Source: a virus. From it: 57,394 nucleotides of DNA. Positions 51,321-57,394 of the stretch are shown here, one piece after another. Every line of letters begins with the position of its first letter. The stretch's first letter is position 1. The position numbers and the translations under genes were made by a program. The notes below the pieces were generated by a model. That model ran no database searches, was not told the DNA's origin, and saw nothing but the letters and a program-made list of their open reading frames with translations. Where the stretch lies: IMG/VR virus record IMGVR_UViG_3300017909_002551, positions 1-57,394 of that record. One strand, 5' to 3'.

Positions 51321-51700
51321 CACTAGACGACCTCAAGTATTTCACACGTGACGAGTTACGTTGCTCGCATACAGGAGACGAAGGCATGGACGTTCAGTTC
51401 ATGCAGTTCATCGAGGAGCTTCGGGAGGAGCTGGGCTTCCCATTCCGAGTTACGTCTGCATACCGTAGTCCCGAGCACCCAATCGAAAAAAAGAAGTCTC
51501 GTCCAGGCACGCACACCACTGGCCATGCCATAGACATCAACGTCTACGGCGACCAGGCAGTCGCCCTGGTTCGACTCGCCCTGGCAAAAGGCATCCAGCG
51601 TGTAGGTGTTGCACAAAAGGGGCCAACGTCCTCACGCTTCATCCACCTGGATGACGCACAGGAAGACCACTTCCCCAAACCATTTATCTGGAGTTACTAG
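51317..51700 (+). CDS. Endolysin, zinc peptidase M15 (VanY / D-Ala-D-Ala carboxypeptidase-like)
   Basis: FRVTSAYRSPEHP...GTHTTGHAIDINV...RFIHLDD (His/Asp/His metal ligands). Confidence 0.8.
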   Translation: MTLDDLKYFTRDELRCSHTGDEGMDVQFMQFIEELREELGFPFRVTSAYRSPEHPIEKKKSRPGTHTTGHAIDINVYGDQAVALVRLALAKGIQRVGVAQKGPTSSRFIHLDDAQEDHFPKPFIWSY

Positions 51701-52474
51701 GTGGCACACAATGGCAAGGCAGGTGGTCAGCAAATACAGCCCAAAGACGAAGGTGAAAAGAAGAAGGAAGAAGCGTGGACTTCACTTGCGGAAGAAGCAC
51801 GGACCTCGGCATCACCTGAGGGTGAACCGTCAATCCTCTCGATTCCGTGCCTGACCCCAGAGCAGGCGCAGGCCGAGGCTGACACAGTCAAAGCCCTTAA
51901 AAATATTTGGATACCCCGTGGTGAAGGCACCTTCTATACGATAGGTGCTTCAACCTACAATGACCTCATAATTTCTGAGGGTCATGCCACGTACTACCAA
52001 GTCGCCGAAAAGGTAAACCCCATAATAGAAGACGCATTCGGCCCCTTGATGGGCCTCATGCGAGCAGTGATAGGCAAGGTCTACCAACGTGAATGTATAG
52101 ACCTGCCGTTCGCTGGCCTCATGGGCTTCCACATCTTCAATAGTTCTGGTGACGAGAGGAGAGAAGAGGGCTCTAACATCCATACAGACGAACCATTCCA
52201 GCGCCTGTTGTGGACGGAGCCCTTCCATGACCCGTTCAGTTTTACGTTGCCACTCGAGTTACCTGACGGGGACGGGGGACTAGATTATTGGGTGAAGGGT
52301 GAGCCGTATAGACGTTACCTTCCATACGAGATAGGCCACTTGTATCTCCACTCTGGCCGCTTCCCGCACAGGATAGCCGCGCCCACGTGGCCATCGGACG
52401 AAAAGCCCCGCATCACTTTGCAGGGACACGGGGCAATTCTCCAAGACACTAATCGTGTGGCAGTCTATTTCTGA
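51701..52474 (+). CDS. 2OG-Fe(II) oxygenase-like protein (257 aa; GTG start uncertain)
   Basis: SNIHTDEPF (HxD), GGLDYW, LHSGRFPHRI (distal His) and RITLQGHG (Arg). Confidence 0.5.
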   Translation: MAHNGKAGGQQIQPKDEGEKKKEEAWTSLAEEARTSASPEGEPSILSIPCLTPEQAQAEADTVKALKNIWIPRGEGTFYTIGASTYNDLIISEGHATYYQVAEKVNPIIEDAFGPLMGLMRAVIGKVYQRECIDLPFAGLMGFHIFNSSGDERREEGSNIHTDEPFQRLLWTEPFHDPFSFTLPLELPDGDGGLDYWVKGEPYRRYLPYEIGHLYLHSGRFPHRIAAPTWPSDEKPRITLQGHGAILQDTNRVAVYF

Positions 52475-52809
52475 TGAAACTCTGCACAGTCCGTTCGACT
52501 TTTCTGCATGGAGACAAGGGTCTCACGCAGTTCAGCCAGTTCATCAATAGCCCACGCGTCTAGTGCATCACGGTTCTTGTGAACACGACAGTCCAATACC
52601 GCAATTAAGGTGTCGTAAATGTCCTCAAAATGAGGCGTAGTGGGACGCTCTGGTGGCACAACGGCCTCATGAGCGCTGGTTAAATACATCGTAAATGTAC
52701 TGAATGTTGTCTTAAGGTGTCGCTTGATATCTTTAGTAAACGCCCAAGCCCTTAGCAGGGGAGCGCCTTCGACCACTCGGCCACCTCTCCAATTACGATT
52801 CATAGTCAA
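52465..52809 (-). CDS. Hypothetical protein downstream of the integrase (114 aa)
   Basis: ORF track. 10-nt convergent overlap with 51701..52474. Confidence 0.45.
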   Translation of the reverse strand: MTMNRNWRGGRVVEGAPLLRAWAFTKDIKRHLKTTFSTFTMYLTSAHEAVVPPERPTTPHFEDIYDTLIAVLDCRVHKNRDALDAWAIDELAELRETLVSMQKSRTDCAEFHQK

Positions 52810-52856
52810 TCTATGCCTTTCTACAAAGTGTTTTTTAGGGTGTGTGTGACCACACT

Positions 52857-53864
52857 TTACATAACCAACGCGTTAACCGCGTCCTGTTTGACGTGACTTG
52901 GCGGCACCATATACCGCATCACCATCGTCAGACTGGTGTGCCCAAGTAAGTCTGCGACCGTCCTTGGATTTGTCCCACGCTCCAGCAAGCGTGTTGCAAA
53001 CGTGCGTCTGCAATCATGTGGACGAAAGTTTTTAACCCCAACGCTCTCGGCAAACTTGATGACTGCTTTACCTGCCGCCCGCTGGTCTCGCCATTTTGGA
53101 AACACCCATTCTTCGGGGTCGGGTACTGGGGGTTTCCCTGTCGCTTCACGGTAAGCCAGCCCATTTTTAATCAACACTCCCACAAGCGGCACGACCCTGC
53201 TGTCTTCCTTGCCGCCCTTGCGTTTACGAGTGCGCAAAACAACGTAGGGCTCCTGCTCGGTGAAGTGCACGTCCTTAAATTTGAGCGCGATTGCTTCTCC
53301 AATCCTGGCACCAGTAAGCAACAGGAATTGTGTCAGCCCCCACGCGTGTTTATTCTCTTTCGAGTAGCCTCTCGTCAGCGCCCAGTACTCGTCCTCATTC
53401 AGCACACGTAGCCTTGGCTCACCGTCTGATGGGCGCTCAATATCTGGCACCTCGTCTATCCAGCCACGTTTGCGAGCGTGACGGATGACTGGCATAAAGG
53501 CATTAACTTCACGCCGCACAGTTGGACCAGTGACCGCATCAAGACGCTCGTCCAGCCAGTCCTCAAGAAAATTCTGGTTTATCTGGTCAACCGTCATGCC
53601 ATCCCACTCGTCCATAAACTTGGACAAGTATCGTATGGTCGTATTAGACGTGAAGTCACGTCTCTTCAAATAGCTTTCGACAGCATCTGAAAATGACTTC
53701 TGGGTCGTGCTTGACCGACGACCCGTGACCATCTCGTGCTCCATCTGGATGCGAATATGATTTGCGATTTCCTTGTCCGAGGTCTTGGTCGTCTTGCGAA
53801 CACGCTTTCCGTTGACCTGACCGACGACGTAGTAGGTATCGCCCCTCAGCTTAAGACTTAGCAT
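52857..53864 (-). CDS. int: Tyrosine integrase
   Basis: TGARIGEAIALKFKDV (Arg I), HDCRRTFATRLL (HxxR) and LLGHTSLTMVMRYMV (His and catalytic Tyr). SAM-like N-terminal domain. Confidence 0.9.
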   Translation of the reverse strand: MLSLKLRGDTYYVVGQVNGKRVRKTTKTSDKEIANHIRIQMEHEMVTGRRSSTTQKSFSDAVESYLKRRDFTSNTTIRYLSKFMDEWDGMTVDQINQNFLEDWLDERLDAVTGPTVRREVNAFMPVIRHARKRGWIDEVPDIERPSDGEPRLRVLNEDEYWALTRGYSKENKHAWGLTQFLLLTGARIGEAIALKFKDVHFTEQEPYVVLRTRKRKGGKEDSRVVPLVGVLIKNGLAYREATGKPPVPDPEEWVFPKWRDQRAAGKAVIKFAESVGVKNFRPHDCRRTFATRLLERGTNPRTVADLLGHTSLTMVMRYMVPPSHVKQDAVNALVM

Positions 53865-53866
53865 AA

Positions 53867-54295
53867 TTACTCCCTGTACAATTTACGGTTTGGGTCAGAG
53901 CGCAGAGAACCTCCTAAGTACTCCTCAGCCCAGTTCTTTGGGAGACCGCCAGCCATGGCCTTGTATTGGTCGCTGGTGACTGCCTCGATTTCGGTGAAGG
54001 CACACATAACAATCTGTGAACGTGTAGACACACCATACTTCTTGGCTATGCCCCGTACATGTACCTTCGCCGTGTTCTCAGAAACCCCCAACCGTTTGGC
54101 AATCTCTGCATTGCTCTTGCCCTTCATCAGCATCTGCAATGACACGTGTTGCTTAGGTGTGAGTTTCGCGAGAATAATCTCACTTGCGTGGATTTGTTGT
54201 GATGGACTTCCCATTGTCAGCCTGTCCATCTGGCGCTCGAGGGACTCAATACGCCCCTCCAGCTTGGCTACCCTTTCGCTTGTAACTTTCTCCAT
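53867..54295 (-). CDS. LuxR/GerE-type HTH transcriptional regulator (142 aa)
   Basis: LTPKQHVSLQMLMKGKSNAEIAKRLGVSENTAKVHVRGIAKKYGVSTRSQ. N-terminal coiled coil. The stop is 3 nt from the int start. Confidence 0.8.
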   Translation of the reverse strand: MEKVTSERVAKLEGRIESLERQMDRLTMGSPSQQIHASEIILAKLTPKQHVSLQMLMKGKSNAEIAKRLGVSENTAKVHVRGIAKKYGVSTRSQIVMCAFTEIEAVTSDQYKAMAGGLPKNWAEEYLGGSLRSDPNRKLYRE

Positions 54296-54315
54296 AATTC
54301 TCTCTTTCTATAACA

Positions 54316-54333
54316 TGTCACGAAATAATGACA
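54316..54333. promoter_or_regulatory. Inverted repeat TGTCA-N8-TGACA in the leader of the LuxR-int operon
   Basis: TGTCAcgaaataaTGACA, the same architecture as 2848-2865. Confidence 0.45.
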
Positions 54334-54341
54334 ACGGGGGA

Positions 54342-54370
54342 ATCATGTAGGGGAACGCCTGTGATGTCAA
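54342..54370 (-). promoter_or_regulatory. sigma70-like promoter TTGACA-17-CATGAT for the LuxR-int operon
   Basis: On the minus strand, TTGACA at 54370-54365 and CATGAT at 54347-54342. Confidence 0.45.
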
Positions 54371-54383
54371 TAGTTATTAAAAG

Positions 54384-54842
54384 TTACCACCAACTTGGCA
54401 CTTCCGACCTGTCCCAGCGCGCGAAAGAGGATTTCTCGCCTAAATAATACGCGCGATATGCGTCGACAGGGTCGTCGCATTTGTACTCGTCAGGCATTGC
54501 TTGGGCGAACGGGGTCATGCCGCTGGCGCTCATATCATCAAGCCCCTTGGTGCAACCTTTGATGACCTCGAATGACTTGTGCGTCTTGTCAAAGCGCTTC
54601 TCGTACTCGAGACCTAGCCCGATGCCGAGACACCAAGTCCACATGAAGTTGTCTCGAGACGTTGCGACCCACTGGGTGCAGGGGTGCTTCTCGTAAGCGC
54701 GCTTGTATTGCGCATCCAATCCGTGAATGTGACGTGCAGTACACAACATTTGTGCGGTCTCGAGCACCATCTTGGGTACGTGTTTGTCACAGTGGTAACG
54801 CGCCGCGACCATGGGGTCGCGGTCGAGTACAAAAATATTCAT
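54384..54842 (-). CDS. Conserved hypothetical protein (152 aa)
   Basis: MNIFVLDRDPMVAARYHCDKHVPKMVLETAQMLCTA... looks like a widely conserved viral family whose name I cannot recall. Confidence 0.5.
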   Translation of the reverse strand: MNIFVLDRDPMVAARYHCDKHVPKMVLETAQMLCTARHIHGLDAQYKRAYEKHPCTQWVATSRDNFMWTWCLGIGLGLEYEKRFDKTHKSFEVIKGCTKGLDDMSASGMTPFAQAMPDEYKCDDPVDAYRAYYLGEKSSFARWDRSEVPSWW

Positions 54843-54847
54843 GTCAA

Positions 54848-55234
54848 TTATCCCTTAAAAAAATCATCACACGCCTTAGAGACGGTGCGTCCTACGTAGC
54901 GGCCAGGAACCAAAATATCCTGGCTTGTGTGCCAACTCTCAACGACGAGCAGGTTGCCCACGTCTATGTCTTCTTCTGGCAAGGTATTGTGGCTGGCGAC
55001 AAGGATGCAGGCTTGTCGACCACCCGATGCCAAAGCCCAAGACAGCCCCTTCAACATACGCATCTGGCCTTCGGGGACTTGCGCCCCGTCAACCTTCAAC
55101 TCGCCGAACACAAACTGACGTGCGTCCTTATCATACGCGAAGTCGATGTCCGTGGGCGTGAACCCATCAATCAGCAGATTGCGAAAGTCTTTTGCTTGTC
55201 TCAATCGGCTCGGCGTGTGTATCACTTGGCTCAT
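54848..55234 (-). CDS. Hypothetical protein, possible small PD-(D/E)XK fold (128 aa; start uncertain)
   Basis: TDIDFAYDKDARQFVFGELK resembles D...ExK. Overlaps the 3' end of the upstream gene by 68 nt. Confidence 0.35.
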   Translation of the reverse strand: MSQVIHTPSRLRQAKDFRNLLIDGFTPTDIDFAYDKDARQFVFGELKVDGAQVPEGQMRMLKGLSWALASGGRQACILVASHNTLPEEDIDVGNLLVVESWHTSQDILVPGRYVGRTVSKACDDFFKG

Positions 55235-55526
55235 TACACAAAAACCTTTCACTCGGGTGCAGTAGTCCGTTGTACATTCCAACAAACTTTTCAATCATCA
55301 ACGCATCATCAGTCGTAGCCATGCCTGTGCGAACACGCTCAACTAACTCTTTGGTGCGCGCCGCCCACCACTTGCGTTGGTAGTCTATGTCTACGGTCTT
55401 GGTCGGAAATCCCGCAGCTTTCGCTCGGCTCTCAGGAAACAGCATCTCGTTGTGCGTGTAGTAGTACGTCACGTCGTCACCCTCTGGCTTTTCGACGACC
55501 AGTTTCCAGCTATGTTTATCAGTCAT
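55167..55526 (-). CDS. Hypothetical protein (119 aa)
   Basis: ORF track. Start trimmed to MTDKHSW, 8-nt overlap with the upstream stop. Confidence 0.45.
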   Translation of the reverse strand: MTDKHSWKLVVEKPEGDDVTYYYTHNEMLFPESRAKAAGFPTKTVDIDYQRKWWAARTKELVERVRTGMATTDDALMIEKFVGMYNGLLHPSERFLCNEPSDTHAEPIETSKRLSQSAD

Positions 55527-55773
55527 CAGGCGTATCTCCACTAAACTGCATGTCAGGTGTGAATTGGATTACGGTCTCGTCTCCCACTGGCTGTTGGTTT
55601 ACGTGCAACCGCATCCCAATTCCGCCCTGGTGCTGACGTAGACGAACGGCCATCTGGTCTGTGCCAATCCAAACCGTCCGCCAGTTCATGCGATACTCGT
55701 TGCCCGTGATATGCGTAAGAGGTTCAATGTCCTCGCGCACCCACGGGGCTTCATCAATCGGGTTGTCAGTCAT
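55519..55773 (-). CDS. Hypothetical protein (84 aa)
   Basis: ORF track. Overlaps both neighbours by 8 nt. Confidence 0.45.
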   Translation of the reverse strand: MTDNPIDEAPWVREDIEPLTHITGNEYRMNWRTVWIGTDQMAVRLRQHQGGIGMRLHVNQQPVGDETVIQFTPDMQFSGDTPDD

Positions 55774-56188
55774 TGTCTGGTAACTCCTTTGCTAACTCGC
55801 CCTTCAAAAAATTACGTTGAAATTCCACGACGCTGAACGTGCGACAGTCCACGCCATGCTTGTCCCACACGACCCACTTGCGATTAACAAATGCGGTGCC
55901 TTTTCCGTGGCAATGCAACTCGCCCTCGTATTTCTCACCACGCTCAAACTGCACACCTCTCTCAATGTCAGTCGTGCGGGTGCACGTCACCCAACCGTGA
56001 TAAAGACGCTCGTGGGAATCGAACGTCTTGTTCACTGGCAGTAGCTTTTGCATTCCGCGTATGGCGATGAGCGCCTCGGCGCATAGGTCACGCCAAGACG
56101 GTTGCCAGCCATCTTCCGTCGAGTATTGTGTTATCTCACCCTCTTCGACCGCCTCTTGCAGTCGACTTATAAGGTCCTCGATTTCCAT
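55766..56188 (-). CDS. Hypothetical protein (140 aa)
   Basis: GAGGAG RBS upstream of the ATG at 56188. Confidence 0.5.
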   Translation of the reverse strand: MEIEDLISRLQEAVEEGEITQYSTEDGWQPSWRDLCAEALIAIRGMQKLLPVNKTFDSHERLYHGWVTCTRTTDIERGVQFERGEKYEGELHCHGKGTAFVNRKWVVWDKHGVDCRTFSVVEFQRNFLKGELAKELPDND

Positions 56189-56358
56189 TTCTTGCTCCTC
56201 TCAAGTTCCCAAATAACTTTCTTCACTCGTGCCATGTCCTTCGCTGGCACACGTCTCTGCTTCACTTCCCATCCGACTTCCCACCAGAAACCCCACGGCC
56301 ACTTGCGAGGTGTCAGTGCGAACCAATGCGTAAGTACTCTGCACTTACGCGACTTCAC
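56167..56358 (-). CDS. Doubtful Trp-rich small ORF (63 aa)
   Basis: Fills the gap between cobT and the next gene but overlaps both. No RBS seen. Confidence 0.2.
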   Translation of the reverse strand: MKSRKCRVLTHWFALTPRKWPWGFWWEVGWEVKQRRVPAKDMARVKKVIWELERSKKWKSRTL

Positions 56359-57394
56359 GAGCGTCAGCCTTGAAGCGCTTGCCTAGAAGCATCTGTGCGA
56401 CCTTCTTCATCGTCTCACCAGCAAGCTGGTCGATGTCATGCACAGACACATTGTTCGAGTAATATTCGCTGACGTCGTCCATGATGCCGAACCCAACCAA
56501 GTCAATTCCGGCAATGCCCTCAAGGGTCTTGCAGACAGCTTGTAGACGCTTCTCTTCAGCCCAGTTTGATGTGCCGACAGGCTCACCATCCGAGAACACC
56601 ATTATGATTTTGCGTTTCTCGGGACGTGGCATCACGTAGTTCTGGTATATGTACATGAGAGCGTCACCATCCGTGTTGGCAGAGCCAGCCCTCACGGCAG
56701 TCGAATACTTGGCGATGTCATTGCGAGCCTGACGCAGTGGCGTGTCGTAGTCCTTCAACAGGAAGGTGCTAAGCGCATTGCCACGACCGCGACCGTCAAA
56801 GCCATAGCAGTCGTTTTTGTATATCCGACGCTTGTTGTGATACTCGTGGGCATACGTGTTGAACATGGTCACGCTGAATTGAATGTCGACCTTCTCAAAC
56901 ACCTCGCACATTGCAATCGCCGCTTGGACACACAACTCAGCGGGCTTGCCTTTCATCGAGGCCGAACCATCGAGCACCATCATCACGCTGGTGTCTAAGT
57001 CAGGTGTGTCCTGCCGCTTGCGATAAATGTTTGGAGAGCCAGCCATGCCACGAACGAGAGCACGACCATCAAGCTGGCCTTCCTCGTAGCCACCTCGCCA
57101 TGTACGCTCCTGTGTCGACACAAGCGCGCGCTCGACGTTACGACGTATCTTGTTGAGGCGTGAGCCGATAGACTTGCGAATGAAATCGTACTCTTCAGAG
57201 GGTGCGACCATCTTGGTCAGTTCGTCCCACCACTCTTCGGCGATGTTGCCGCAACCCTTCTTGTAGTGCGCATCATACTTGGCACCCATGGCCGTGTACG
57301 AACCGCTCACACCAGACTTCGACTTGACGATGCTCTGCATGGTCTTGTCTAGGTTCGGGTCATAAGCCTCGTCTGGCGCTGTCCCAAGTCCAGG
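56345..57394 (-). CDS. cobT: CobT-like vWA protein, C-terminal part (continues from 142..1029 across the circular junction)
   Basis: vWA MIDAS VMMVLDGSASMKG. The frame stays open from 57340 to the window end and is continuous with the hand-translated N-terminal part. Confidence 0.85.
   Translation of the reverse strand, partial: PGLGTAPDEAYDPNLDKTMQSIVKSKSGVSGSYTAMGAKYDAHYKKGCGNIAEEWWDELTKMVAPSEEYDFIRKSIGSRLNKIRRNVERALVSTQERTWRGGYEEGQLDGRALVRGMAGSPNIYRKRQDTPDLDTSVMMVLDGSASMKGKPAELCVQAAIAMCEVFEKVDIQFSVTMFNTYAHEYHNKRRIYKNDCYGFDGRGRGNALSTFLLKDYDTPLRQARNDIAKYSTAVRAGSANTDGDALMYIYQNYVMPRPEKRKIIMVFSDGEPVGTSNWAEEKRLQAVCKTLEGIAGIDLVGFGIMDDVSEYYSNNVSVHDIDQLAGETMKKVAQMLLGKRFKADAREVA
57254..57394. repeat. 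Closure overlap: identical to 1-141
   Basis: Direct comparison of both ends. Confidence 0.9.

Noticed and set aside
54662-55318. 218-aa plus-strand ORF opposite the leftward genes 54384..55526
   Set aside because: It is antisense to three tightly coupled minus-strand genes. The product is Arg/Cys/His-rich and low in complexity, with no upstream signals.
1-57394. tRNA genes, CRISPR arrays, IS elements, diversity-generating retroelement
   Set aside because: The GGTTCGA-like strings I saw (e.g. about 10392, 39977, 51568) lie inside coding frames and lack cloverleaf context. No spaced direct-repeat arrays, transposase or reverse transcriptase motifs were seen. This was an eye scan only, so a tRNAscan/Infernal run would be the proper check.

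Overview
The window is a complete, circularly closed dsDNA phage genome. Its unit length is 57,253 bp: bases 57254-57394 repeat bases 1-141 exactly. That repeat lies inside one open reading frame, so it is an assembly closure overlap, not a biological terminal repeat.

Layout:
(1) Rightward virion block, about 34 kb (6069-40402). It contains terminase, portal, a repeat-rich tail fibre, a collagen-like Gly-X-Y protein followed by oxygenase-type genes, scaffold, major capsid, tail proteins and a GNAT acetyltransferase. It ends with three coiled-coil internal proteins and a 3,059-aa giant protein carrying a zincin HExxH motif.
(2) Leftward recombination block (40389-43759): Sak4-like ATPase, DUF669-type SSB and a PD-(D/E)XK exonuclease. 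It diverges from a Cro-like HTH gene and a PrimPol-helicase gene.
(3) Rightward accessory and lysis block (47371-52474): resolvase/HNH-type nucleases, tiny basic Cys-containing proteins, a membrane fatty-acid desaturase, a holin-like protein, an ArfA-like mini-protein, an M15 peptidase and another 2OG-oxygenase-like gene.
(4) Leftward block that wraps across the window ends (5677 down to 1, then 57394 down to 52465): small early genes, a CobS/CobT-like AAA+/vWA pair, a LuxR-type regulator and a tyrosine integrase. The phage is therefore probably temperate.

I saw no tRNA, rRNA, CRISPR array, transposon, DNA polymerase or RNA polymerase gene.

Most interesting candidates:
- a possible virion collagen prolyl-hydroxylation module
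- the giant polyvalent ejection protein, whose ribosome-binding site is buried in an 11-bp stem
- a phage fatty-acid desaturase
- an ArfA-like ribosome-rescue mini-protein inside the lysis cassette
- a duplicated promoter/operator block linking the recombination module to cobS/cobT
- an 8-mer (GGACGACC) placed directly after the stop codons of four late genes

All family names come from motifs read by eye and recalled knowledge. No database search was run.
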